DNA of 64,000 bases from an uncultured bacterium (lineage in GTDB: Bacteria > Verrucomicrobiota > Lentisphaeria > Victivallales > UBA1829), in the NCBI GenBank assembly GCA_949297765.1, contig CASFTV010000005.1, positions 2,144-66,143 of the forward strand, written 5' to 3'. The position numbers and the translations under genes were made by a program. Of this stretch, positions 47,145 to 55,409 are shown one piece after another (the first letter of the stretch is position 1; every line of letters begins with the position of its first letter). The notes below the pieces were generated by a model. It was not told the DNA's origin and did not search any database. It saw nothing but the letters and a program-made list of their open reading frames with translations.

Positions 47145-48080
47145 TTATCTGGCTCTGGAGGTTCCGCGGCTGCTGCGGTAACCGGTATTCCGGCCTCCGC
47201 GGCTGCCGCCGTTCATATTGGCATTGTTATTGTTGTTATTGTTGTTCTGATTGTTCCGGTTCATCATCCGCATCATCTGGAAGTTCTGGAACATCTGCAT
47301 GCGCTGCATGTTCTGCATGGTCTGGAGCAGACGGGTTGCGGTATTGACCCGCCGGGTTGTCTGGCGGGCGGTCTGGGGAGCGTTCTTCGACGCCTCCTCC
47401 AGAACAAGTTCAAGCTTATCGCTGCCGCGCTGGAGAGTGACCTTCTCCCGTTCAACATCAATCAGTTTATATCCGTTGCTGAGCGTTTCTCCGAGACGCA
47501 CATACTGTTTGTAGACCAGCTGATTGTTTCCGGTGGCGGAGGATCCCTGCTGGCGTGCCGCCATCATCTGAGGCATTCCGCCGCCGGGGAAACGCGGATT
47601 TCCTCCGCGGGAGTTTCCTCCTCTCTGATTTCCGCCGCGCTGGTTTCCTCCCGGAGCGTTTCCGCCGCGCGGACCGATTCCCATCTGGCGTCCGCCGCCG
47701 GGCATCGGGGGACCGCCCATCGGGAAGAAGTTGTTGTTCCGGGAAGCGGCTTTCTGCTTGATGATTGCTCCGACGCAGTCGCCGATGGAGAAGGTCCCGA
47801 CCAGCGAAAGCTCCACGCGGGCATTGCCTCCCATGGAGGCGTTCGGACTGCGGTCCTGACTGAATACGTTTTTCGCCAGAACGACTTCCGCATCCTGTTC
47901 CGGGGAACGCTCCGTTTTTTTCTGCGGCGCGGCGGGCTTGGCGGCGGGCTTTTTTTCCTGAACTTTCTTCACCGTGAACTCCTGGGGCTTTTTCCCGGAG
48001 AACATTTCAAGACGGCGGATTCCGGCCCAGACAACCAGGATTCCAAGAAGAATATTGATGGTGATAAACAGAGCTTTCAT
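47145..48080 (-). CDS. GspC/PilP-like secretin-interacting protein with low-complexity insertions
   Basis: N-terminal TM segment. The HR/PilP-like beta-domain is split as ELSLVGTFSIGDCVGAIIKQK ... YVRLGETLSNGYKLIDVEREKVTLQRGSDKLELVL. It sits directly upstream of gspD. It also has a G/R/P/N-rich insert and a Q/M/N-rich tail. Confidence 0.45.
   Translation of the reverse strand: MKALFITINILLGILVVWAGIRRLEMFSGKKPQEFTVKKVQEKKPAAKPAAPQKKTERSPEQDAEVVLAKNVFSQDRSPNASMGGNARVELSLVGTFSIGDCVGAIIKQKAASRNNNFFPMGGPPMPGGGRQMGIGPRGGNAPGGNQRGGNQRGGNSRGGNPRFPGGGMPQMMAARQQGSSATGNNQLVYKQYVRLGETLSNGYKLIDVEREKVTLQRGSDKLELVLEEASKNAPQTARQTTRRVNTATRLLQTMQNMQRMQMFQNFQMMRMMNRNNQNNNNNNNNANMNGGSRGGRNTGYRSSRGTSRAR
47223..47255. 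repeat. Imperfect trinucleotide (AAC/AAT)n tract encoding poly-Asn
   Basis: attgttattgttgttattgttgttctgattgtt on the plus strand corresponds to NNQNNNNNNNN in the minus-strand CDS. Confidence 0.7.
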
Positions 48081-48745
48081 CGGGGGGCATCTCCATCGTA
48101 AAAGAGGACCCGGACACTCCCATTCAGGAAGAGGGTTGTCACGGCGGTATCGGCTCTGGCGGTATTGGTGCTGGAGATGCTGCGGGTGGAGGCATCCGAG
48201 GTTGAAGAGACGCGGGTATTCGCCCGGTTTCCCCGGCGGAGCATCTGGTTGAGGACCAGACGTCTCCAGCTGATCTCCGGCCGGATTGCCCGCACTTTTT
48301 CCAGAAATTTCACGATAACCTCAAAATCGCCGGAGGTGGAAATCTCCAGTTCCGCCCATGCCAGATCGTTGTTGACCCGGGAGATCCGGACCGAACCGAG
48401 GTTGGAAAGGAGCAGTTCGCTCTCTTTTGCGGCGGTCTCGATCTTCTGGCGCAGGACCAGTTCCGGATCGCCGTCTTTCGAGAACTGCCAGGCGTTGCGG
48501 AGTTTATCCCGGTACTGTTTCCGGAGTGTTTCGTATGCGGTGAGTTTTTTCTGCTGTTCCTGATACTCTTTTTTCAGTTTTCCGATCTCTTTCTGGAGTT
48601 CCTTCTTCCGGTTTTCATCGGGGAAGAGGGTTGCAAAATCTCCGCCGAGCTGGAACAGGAGAAAAATCCAGCTTGCCGGCATCAGAATGCAGCAGACCAG
48701 AAGAATTTTGCCTTTCGGAGTTTTGAGAAAATCGCGGAGTGTCAT
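48077..48745 (-). CDS. GspM/PilO-like assembly-platform protein
   Basis: Single N-terminal TM segment, a coiled-coil (ELQKEIGKLKKEYQEQQKKLTAYE), then an alpha/beta domain. There are 4-nt overlaps with both neighbours in the T2SS operon. The assignment rests on architecture and position only. Confidence 0.4.
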   Translation of the reverse strand: MTLRDFLKTPKGKILLVCCILMPASWIFLLFQLGGDFATLFPDENRKKELQKEIGKLKKEYQEQQKKLTAYETLRKQYRDKLRNAWQFSKDGDPELVLRQKIETAAKESELLLSNLGSVRISRVNNDLAWAELEISTSGDFEVIVKFLEKVRAIRPEISWRRLVLNQMLRRGNRANTRVSSTSDASTRSISSTNTARADTAVTTLFLNGSVRVLFYDGDAPR

Positions 48746-49974
48746 CGTTCCTCTCCTTCCGCGGGAATCAGTTTCAAGGTCACCATGCTGGAGCTGTCAT
48801 TTCCTCTCCGGCGCTGCTGGATCTGGCCGAGCCGCCAGTATTTCAGGGAGCGGAGAAGCGACTGAATGTTCAGATTTTCCGCCTCGCTGCGCATCACAAG
48901 ATCGACGCTGTTCTCGCTCCAGCGGATGTTGTTCACCATGACATTGGAAGGCAGCGCTTCCGAAAAATCCGCGAGTTTGCCGAGAACGTTGTGTTCTCCG
49001 GGCGACATCGAAACAACACGCTGGAAATCGCGCATCTCTTTTTCGGAGCTTTTCAGGCGGATCTGTGCAGTGCGCACCTTGGTCAGGAGGGCGTTCCGTT
49101 CCGAGAGAACCGCGCGGTATTCCCGCCGGGTTTTCCCCATCGCCGCGCAGGAACTCCAGGTGAAGTTCACCAGAAGGAGCAGGACGAGGAATACAAAAAT
49201 CGAGATCTGAGTCTTCAGACGGCTCGGCCGCAGTTGTTTCGGCAGGATGTTGAGTCCGTTTTTTGCTCCCCGGAACTCTTCGGACGCCGCAAGATCGGCC
49301 ACCAGAAGGCAGGCAAAATACGGTTCGAATGAAAATTTTCTGTCCTCCGGCAGACGGAAACGTTTTTTCCATTTTTCACGCCATGCCGCGCTCCAGTCCG
49401 TTCCTGCGAGTTCCTCCGCGGGATGCCATTCGCCCTCGATAAAGCAGAAACCCGGTTCGAATTCCGGCAGGAAAAGCGGAGGATCCTCCGGGTGGATGTT
49501 CATCAGAGGATAGAGGAAATAGTCGGCGCGGGAACCGCTCTGGGTGATCATCGCGGCGACCCGTTCCAGCGACTGTTCCGGAAACGCATAGACATTGACG
49601 GGGAATCCGTCCGGAGATTCCGGCGCCGTCTGCTGAAGGAACTGGAAGTTGCACTGTTCCGGTTCTTTCAGCAGATGGGTCGGCAGTTCAAATTCGAGAG
49701 CGCTCCGGAGAGCCTTCGGCGCCAGACGGGCGCTGCTGCAGCGGAAAAAAATTCCTCTGTTCAGGGCGCCGGAAATAAACAGCGGAATGCTCCGGCTGTA
49801 CGAGAGAGCCCGGAACACCGCTTTCCAGGCCCGGACCGGATCATTCGTCTCCAGGGCTTCCGAGGCGAATGCGGCAAGGCGGATTGCTCCGCCTTCCGTC
49901 CGGAAACGGCAGCCGCGCACCTCCTGTTCGGAGAACGCGACCACCATGAATTCTCTGTATGCCGAGTGCCGCAT
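48742..49974 (-). CDS. GspL-like (PilM-PilN fusion-type) assembly-platform protein
   Basis: An about 240-aa cytoplasmic domain, then GLNILPKQLRP (a PilN-like INLLP motif), a TM segment and a periplasmic ferredoxin-like domain. It is the first canonical gene of the T2SS operon. Confidence 0.5.
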   Translation of the reverse strand: MRHSAYREFMVVAFSEQEVRGCRFRTEGGAIRLAAFASEALETNDPVRAWKAVFRALSYSRSIPLFISGALNRGIFFRCSSARLAPKALRSALEFELPTHLLKEPEQCNFQFLQQTAPESPDGFPVNVYAFPEQSLERVAAMITQSGSRADYFLYPLMNIHPEDPPLFLPEFEPGFCFIEGEWHPAEELAGTDWSAAWREKWKKRFRLPEDRKFSFEPYFACLLVADLAASEEFRGAKNGLNILPKQLRPSRLKTQISIFVFLVLLLLVNFTWSSCAAMGKTRREYRAVLSERNALLTKVRTAQIRLKSSEKEMRDFQRVVSMSPGEHNVLGKLADFSEALPSNVMVNNIRWSENSVDLVMRSEAENLNIQSLLRSLKYWRLGQIQQRRRGNDSSSMVTLKLIPAEGEER

Positions 49975-49982
49975 GCGACGCC

Positions 49983-50870
49983 TTATTCCGCGGCCTTTTC
50001 CGCGTCCATCTTCTTGACCAGTTCGCGAACATGTGCACGATACTCTTCCGGAGACGTGCGTCTGAGCCGGTCAAGTTCTCTCATTTTCTCCGGATATCTG
50101 CGACGGAGTTCCGGCATGGGATTTCCATCTCTTCCCGGTCCGCCCTTCGGTCCGCGGGGACGCGGAGGAGGAGGCAGTTCGATTCCAGCTTCCTTTGCCA
50201 GTTCCCGCATCTTCTCATCCGCGGCGCGCGGATCGTCTTTACGGAGCTTTTCGATTTCCGCATATTCTTTCGGGAATCTGGTCTTAAGCTGTTCCATTCT
50301 CAGGCGCATGGTCTCGGGAGTGTCGGGAAGTTTGACATCGGCTTTCTTCGCAAGAGCCTGGAGCTGTTCCTCGACATTCAGACGGGCCTGCTCAATTTTG
50401 GCATACTCCTCAGGATATTCCTTCTTGAGTTTTGCCTCAATGACAGCGCGTCCGCCACCCCGTCCGACACGCGGCATTTCCCGGAAAGCTCCACGGTGTT
50501 CCCGCTCACGCCCCGGACCGAATCCACGCATTCGACGGCCTTCCATGCCTCTCTCTCCGCCCATTCTTCTGCCGGAGAAAGGAAGCTGGATCTTCTCTTC
50601 TGCCGCAAGTTCCCGCATCTTCTGCATGGCGGCGAACATGTTGGTTTTCTGGAGTTTTTCAATTTCCGCGTACTTCTCTGGAGCTTTCTTTTTCAGTTCG
50701 GCCTGAACTCTCGCCCACTCTTCCGCCATTTCGGTCCGCGGGGCTTTCGCATGTTCGCGGTCCGGACCGCGTCCCGGACCGCGTTCACGGCGGAAATCCG
50801 GTCCTTGTGCAAGAAGTGAACCCGCGGCAAGAGCGGTCGCGGCCATCAGAAGCAGTGCTGTCTTTTTCAT
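49983..50870 (-). CDS. Secreted/periplasmic protein with four helical repeats separated by R/G/P-rich linkers
   Basis: Signal peptide MKKTALLLMAATALAAGSLLAQG. Repeats include LKKKAPEKYAEIEKLQK...MRELAAEEKIQLP, LKKEYPEEYAKIEQARL...LAKKADVKLP, LKTRFPKEYAEIEKLRK...MRELAKEAGIELP and LRRRYPEKMRELDRLRR. The stop is 8 nt before the GspL-like start. Confidence 0.6.
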   Translation of the reverse strand: MKKTALLLMAATALAAGSLLAQGPDFRRERGPGRGPDREHAKAPRTEMAEEWARVQAELKKKAPEKYAEIEKLQKTNMFAAMQKMRELAAEEKIQLPFSGRRMGGERGMEGRRMRGFGPGREREHRGAFREMPRVGRGGGRAVIEAKLKKEYPEEYAKIEQARLNVEEQLQALAKKADVKLPDTPETMRLRMEQLKTRFPKEYAEIEKLRKDDPRAADEKMRELAKEAGIELPPPPRPRGPKGGPGRDGNPMPELRRRYPEKMRELDRLRRTSPEEYRAHVRELVKKMDAEKAAE

Positions 50871-51035
50871 TCGTATGATCTCCTATTGGTTTTTCTCTCT
50901 CTACATGAATAAAAACGGGAAAAGCGGTTTTTTATTGTCGCTGATTTGAAAATTTTTTGTTTTTTCCCGGTTTCGAGTTGGAGAATATGGGGGGAAAGGG
51001 AGATTGAATAAGGGAAGATTTCGGAAATTTTGGAG

Positions 51036-51126
51036 ATTTCGTGCTCCGCACGACCAGCGTTTCGCCGCTGGACCGCGATAAGGGCGGCGGCCCTTGACCC
51101 GGCAAAATGCGATTGCATTTTGCCGA
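51036..51126 (-). repeat. Four-hairpin repeated element, copy 2 (candidate structured RNA / REP-like element)
   Basis: Read on the minus strand: H1 is CGGCAAAATGC/GCATTTTGCCG, H2 is AAGGGC/GCCCTT, H3 is CCAGCG/CGCTGG and H4 is TCGTGC/GCACGA. It starts 16 nt after the ankyrin gene stop. Confidence 0.6.
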
Positions 51127-51142
51127 CGGCTGCCGGGGCGGT

Positions 51143-52237
51143 TTATTTGGCGGGGGTATCCGGAGATGTCTTCGGCTTCGAAGGATTCCGGAGTTGTTTT
51201 CTTGCAGAGCGGATGGCGGAGCGGGTTGTCGTATCGTTTGCGTAATCAAGAGCGTCCCGGCCTTCGTTGCTGAGGGCTTCGATATCGCTGCCCTGCAGCA
51301 CCAGATATTCGGCAATCTGGGGACGGGAACGGATGGCGGCCCACATCAGAGGGGTATATCCGCGGTCGATCACGTTGTTGCGGGCGAGAAATTTATAGAC
51401 GCCGTCCACATTGATCAATCGCGCGGCGCGGAAAACCAGCGGGAGGGTTTTGTTCAGTTCGACGCCGCGTTCCACGAGGAGTTTCACCCAGTCGAGCCGG
51501 TTCCGGTCGATTGCGATCCGGATGGCGGCCTGGCCGAGGACCTGCAGATCCCCCTCCTTGTAACTCGGAATCTGTCGGAGCAGATAGTCCACCGTATCCG
51601 GCTGACCGTTCAGCATGGCGGAAAGAAGAGGTGATTTTTCAAGATCGGATGGCGGGGGCATCAGAGGTTCCTTTTTTTCTGCAAACAGCATCAGGATCTC
51701 TCTTCCGTGTTCGGGAGCAAGGGCGGCATAGGAGATGACATTGCGTCCGAACACATCCTTTTCGCGGAAGGATGCTCCGTGTTCCAGCAGGAGTTTCACC
51801 GTTTCGATCTTCCCGAGCCGGACGGCTTCCATCAGCGGAGTCCGTCCGAAGCGGCCGGCGGCATTCGGATTTGCCCCGCGGCGCAGCAGCATCCGGGCAA
51901 CATTCGGTTTGGAGGAGGCGGCCGCCGCATGGAGCGGGGTTTCGCCGCCGTCGTCGGTCCGGTTCACATCTGCGCCGTTCTCCAGAAGGATTTCCACGAG
52001 AACCGGATTCTGGCGGACGACTGCTGCGATCAGAAACGGAACACCGTTGCGCATCTTTCCGTTCGGATCGACGCCATGTTTCAGTGCGGTCCGGGCGAGT
52101 TCGGCATCGGAGCGGTAGATTGCGGTTTCAAGGCGGATTTCATCCCTGGTCGGAGCTTTTTTCGGAGGCGGCTCCTGAAAATGGGAGCATGCGCTCAGAA
52201 AGGTCAGAGCAAAGAGCGCTGTCAGAATTCGGATCAT
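51143..52237 (-). CDS. Ankyrin-repeat lipoprotein
   Basis: MIRILTALFALTFLSACS lipobox. Several ANK repeats, e.g. GETPLHAAAASSKPNVARMLLRRGANPNA and GRTPLMEAVRLGKIETVKLLLEHGAS. The ATG at 52237 overlaps the rlmN stop (ATGA); the ORF extends to 52279. Confidence 0.85.
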   Translation of the reverse strand: MIRILTALFALTFLSACSHFQEPPPKKAPTRDEIRLETAIYRSDAELARTALKHGVDPNGKMRNGVPFLIAAVVRQNPVLVEILLENGADVNRTDDGGETPLHAAAASSKPNVARMLLRRGANPNAAGRFGRTPLMEAVRLGKIETVKLLLEHGASFREKDVFGRNVISYAALAPEHGREILMLFAEKKEPLMPPPSDLEKSPLLSAMLNGQPDTVDYLLRQIPSYKEGDLQVLGQAAIRIAIDRNRLDWVKLLVERGVELNKTLPLVFRAARLINVDGVYKFLARNNVIDRGYTPLMWAAIRSRPQIAEYLVLQGSDIEALSNEGRDALDYANDTTTRSAIRSARKQLRNPSKPKTSPDTPAK

Positions 52238-53283
52238 GATGGTTTCTCCTTTTTTGCGGAAGCGCGGAGTTGTCCGCATGCGGCGGCGGAATCCGCACCC
52301 TTCTCCACGCGGACCGTCACTTTGACGCCCGCGGATTTCAGCGTATTTTCAAAGCGTTTGATCGTTTCCCGGGAAGGGCGTGCAAACGCGCCGTTGGCTT
52401 TGTTGTAAGGGATCAGATTGACCTTGGCTCCGGCCTCTTTCGCCAGTTTGGCGAGACGGGCGGCCTGTTCGGTGGAGTCGTTGACCGAATCCAGCATGAC
52501 GTATTCGAACGTCGGCAGACGGGTTGTCGCCTCGCGATGGAGACGGCATGCCTGGATGATGTCGCGGATATCGCGGCGGAATTTTGTCGGAATGAGCAGG
52601 GCGCGTGTTTTATCGTCGGGCGCGTGAAGGGAGACGGCCAGATTCCACTGCCGGCCATGCAGGGCCAGCTGCTTGATTCCGGGAGTCCATCCGCTGGTGG
52701 AGATGGTGACGCGGCGGGCGGCGAAGGCAATTCGCGCAGGATCGCAGATCCGTTCAAGCGCGGCGATCAGGTTATCCAGGTTCAGAAGCGGCTCGCCGAT
52801 TCCCATAATGACCACATTGTCGGGAAGGGAGTTGATTTTGCGGCAGGCGCAGAAAAACTGTTCGACGATCTCACCCGCATCAAGATTGCGGACAAATCCG
52901 CCCGCACCGCTGGAGCAGAAGGCGCAGCGGACCGGGCAGCCGACCTGAGTGCTCAGGCAGAATGTCATCCGTCCGTCGGCGGCGGGGATCAGAGCGCATT
53001 CGATGAGTTCACCGTCGCGGAGTTCGAGCAGCAGCTTTCCGGCTCCGTCGGAAGAGAAGTGTTCCGAGCGGATCTTCACGGTATCGCAGAGGAATCCTTC
53101 CCGGAGTTTCTGACGGACGCTCTGCGAAAGATCGGTCATGGCATCGGGATCCGCCGTCCAGCGTTTGGAGATCCACCGTTCCACCTGGTTGGCCCGGTAG
53201 GATTCAAGTCCGGCGCGTTTGGCGAAGGCGGCAAGCTCGTCGGGGGCTGCCATTACGAGAAAGGGTTGTTTTTCCCCGGTCAT
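52234..53283 (-). CDS. rlmN: 23S rRNA/tRNA (adenine-C2)-methyltransferase RlmN (radical SAM)
   Basis: CLSTQVGCPVRCAFCSSG radical-SAM cluster motif, plus GIGEPLLN and the C-terminal AACGQL. The ATG at 53283 overlaps the upstream stop (ATGA); the ORF extends to 53364. Confidence 0.95.
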   Translation of the reverse strand: MTGEKQPFLVMAAPDELAAFAKRAGLESYRANQVERWISKRWTADPDAMTDLSQSVRQKLREGFLCDTVKIRSEHFSSDGAGKLLLELRDGELIECALIPAADGRMTFCLSTQVGCPVRCAFCSSGAGGFVRNLDAGEIVEQFFCACRKINSLPDNVVIMGIGEPLLNLDNLIAALERICDPARIAFAARRVTISTSGWTPGIKQLALHGRQWNLAVSLHAPDDKTRALLIPTKFRRDIRDIIQACRLHREATTRLPTFEYVMLDSVNDSTEQAARLAKLAKEAGAKVNLIPYNKANGAFARPSRETIKRFENTLKSAGVKVTVRVEKGADSAAACGQLRASAKKEKPS

Positions 53284-54914
53284 TGTTCGGTCTCCTGTCT
53301 GAGTTCGCCTTTCCAGAGATTGAGGCGATGTTGCCGGTATTCCCGGCTGAAAAGGTTTTTCCATGCCCGGTCCGGAACGATCGGGACTTCGGGTGCGAGA
53401 ACATAAATCGTCTTCTCTCCGGCGGGGAGTTCGGACGCGGCTTTGAATGTGGCGATCGTTCCGCCCAGATAGAATCCCTCGGCATAAAAGCCGCCGAGAG
53501 ATGAGGATTTGTAGATGGTCAGTCCGGCGGTGTCCGTTCCGATTGCCCGGCGGAGTGCGAGTCCGGCTTCGCGGCGTTCATGGGATGCCGCTTTGTACGG
53601 CACCATCACGCCCCAGTTGAGCAGGCATCCCCCCAGCACGAGCTGAAGCGCGATTCTCCAGACGGGCACGCCTTTCCGGAGCGTCTGAACCAGCGACAGA
53701 AGGACCAGCAGGAATGCGCCGCCGCAATATGCCGCCGCCTGAATGAACTGGATCGGTTCGCGGCGATAGGCGAACCGGGGCAGATGGAAAGAGAATCTCT
53801 GCAGAATGTCATCCGTTGAAAGATAGAACAGAATCGCCGCCGCGGAGCACGCCAGCAGGATCCACGCCATTCCTTTGAAGAGTGTGAGATAACGAGTCCC
53901 GTAACGGCGGACCGCGATCCAGTAGTTGCGCCCGATCAGCACGGCCAGCGGCGGAACCAGGAGCACGATCTCCCGTCCTTCCGTCCCCGGCGTCAGCCAG
54001 AGAATGCAGAACAGGACGGTGAAGAGCGTCCGCAGATATTTGCAGAGCAGCGGATTCCTGTCCAGCGTGATGATCGCCGGACAGAACGGAACCCAGAGAA
54101 ACAGACTCCACGGAAACAGCCGGATCAGCGCATCGAAGGGAAACAGCAGCAGCTGAAGCAGATACTCTTTTCCTGTGAGCGGGGGAGCGACCTCGGGACG
54201 GAACGCGCCCACATAACCCGCATACCATCTCGGCAGTCCCCAGAGAAGGACAAAAAGAAGAATCAGCAGCAGCGCGATGGCGAACCCGTATCCCCGCGGT
54301 TTGCTCTTCAGGGAGAGGGGACGGCGGAGAAACAGCATCGGGACCACGGTTTGAAACAGCGCCAGCCATCCACCGGAATAGAACGTCAATCCGGCGAGGA
54401 ATCCGCCGGCGATCCACGCGAAATTCCAGCGGCCGCGCCACGCGGCAAGATCGAACCAGACCATCCAGCAGGCGAAAATTCCCAGAGCGGTCAGAAATAC
54501 CGGATTGCCTTCGCTGCATTTGTCAACAACGACCAGGGAACTCGCCATGACCGCCGTTCCGACTGCGGCGGCCTGAAGACCGGACGCGCGCCAGCAGCTG
54601 ACAAAAATAATCGCACAGAGAATCAGAAGCGATAATCCGGGGATGATCCGCAGACAGTATTCCATCTCCAGCCCCGAATATGAGATGGCCTTCACCAGCA
54701 GCGGATAGAGCGGATACGCGCCCGGTGCGATGATGCCGTGCAGTTTCAGAAGCGGCGGAAAGGAATCCAGTTCCATGGCCATTGCGGCATATGCGCCTTC
54801 TCCCCAGAAGAGATCGCGCAGCCCCAGAAGCCACGGAGAAACGACAAAAAGAAGGGTAACACCGAGAAGGATCAGTGTCGGCAGAAGAGAAATTTTTCGT
54901 TCTTCATAGATCAT
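53280..54914 (-). CDS. Polytopic membrane glycosyltransferase, GT-C fold (GT39/ArnT/PMT-like)
   Basis: 544 aa with more than 10 hydrophobic segments and a soluble C-terminal domain. The layout is like ArnT/dolichyl-phosphate-mannose transferases. No diagnostic motif was confirmed. Confidence 0.55.
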   Translation of the reverse strand: MIYEERKISLLPTLILLGVTLLFVVSPWLLGLRDLFWGEGAYAAMAMELDSFPPLLKLHGIIAPGAYPLYPLLVKAISYSGLEMEYCLRIIPGLSLLILCAIIFVSCWRASGLQAAAVGTAVMASSLVVVDKCSEGNPVFLTALGIFACWMVWFDLAAWRGRWNFAWIAGGFLAGLTFYSGGWLALFQTVVPMLFLRRPLSLKSKPRGYGFAIALLLILLFVLLWGLPRWYAGYVGAFRPEVAPPLTGKEYLLQLLLFPFDALIRLFPWSLFLWVPFCPAIITLDRNPLLCKYLRTLFTVLFCILWLTPGTEGREIVLLVPPLAVLIGRNYWIAVRRYGTRYLTLFKGMAWILLACSAAAILFYLSTDDILQRFSFHLPRFAYRREPIQFIQAAAYCGGAFLLVLLSLVQTLRKGVPVWRIALQLVLGGCLLNWGVMVPYKAASHERREAGLALRRAIGTDTAGLTIYKSSSLGGFYAEGFYLGGTIATFKAASELPAGEKTIYVLAPEVPIVPDRAWKNLFSREYRQHRLNLWKGELRQETEQ

Positions 54915-54920
54915 GGGCGG

Positions 54921-55409
54921 TCAGCGAAGCGGCTCGATCTGTCCTTTGGAGCCGACGCGCGGAGTTTCGGTCCGGTCCATCCGTTCCATCAGGCTCTCCG
55001 TTCCGGACGCGCGGATCAGGACGTCGAACGTTGCTTTCGGAGCACGTTCCTGCTCCCACGGTCTCCGGTATTCCATCTTGATTCCCGCCTCTCCCGGACC
55101 GACGACCGCGAAGGAATAGATCTTCACAACGGGAACACCGGTTTTTCCGCGCATCTCCTCCGGAGTTTCATAACGGTTTTCCACCTCCCGGAGCACCCCC
55201 ATGTCCGGAACGGATCCGATCCAGAGATATCCGGTTGACGGATTTGCCGGGAGGCGCAGCGTGATTGTATCGCCGACTTCCGCCTCAAGGGTCCGGCCGG
55301 AATCCTTTTCCGTGAGCAGAATCCGGTTTCCCGATTCGAACAGGGCGCAGGAAGTTCCCAGCAGAAGAACTGCGACAAGAAAAAGACTCTGTACAGCGCC
55401 CCGGATCAT
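54921..55409 (-). CDS. Peptidase inhibitor I42 (chagasin/ICP family), secreted or lipoprotein
   Basis: Signal peptide with LLGTSC. Family motifs NPSTGYLW and YRRPWE are present. The start overlaps the hldD stop (ATGA). Confidence 0.75.
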   Translation of the reverse strand: MIRGAVQSLFLVAVLLLGTSCALFESGNRILLTEKDSGRTLEAEVGDTITLRLPANPSTGYLWIGSVPDMGVLREVENRYETPEEMRGKTGVPVVKIYSFAVVGPGEAGIKMEYRRPWEQERAPKATFDVLIRASGTESLMERMDRTETPRVGSKGQIEPLR

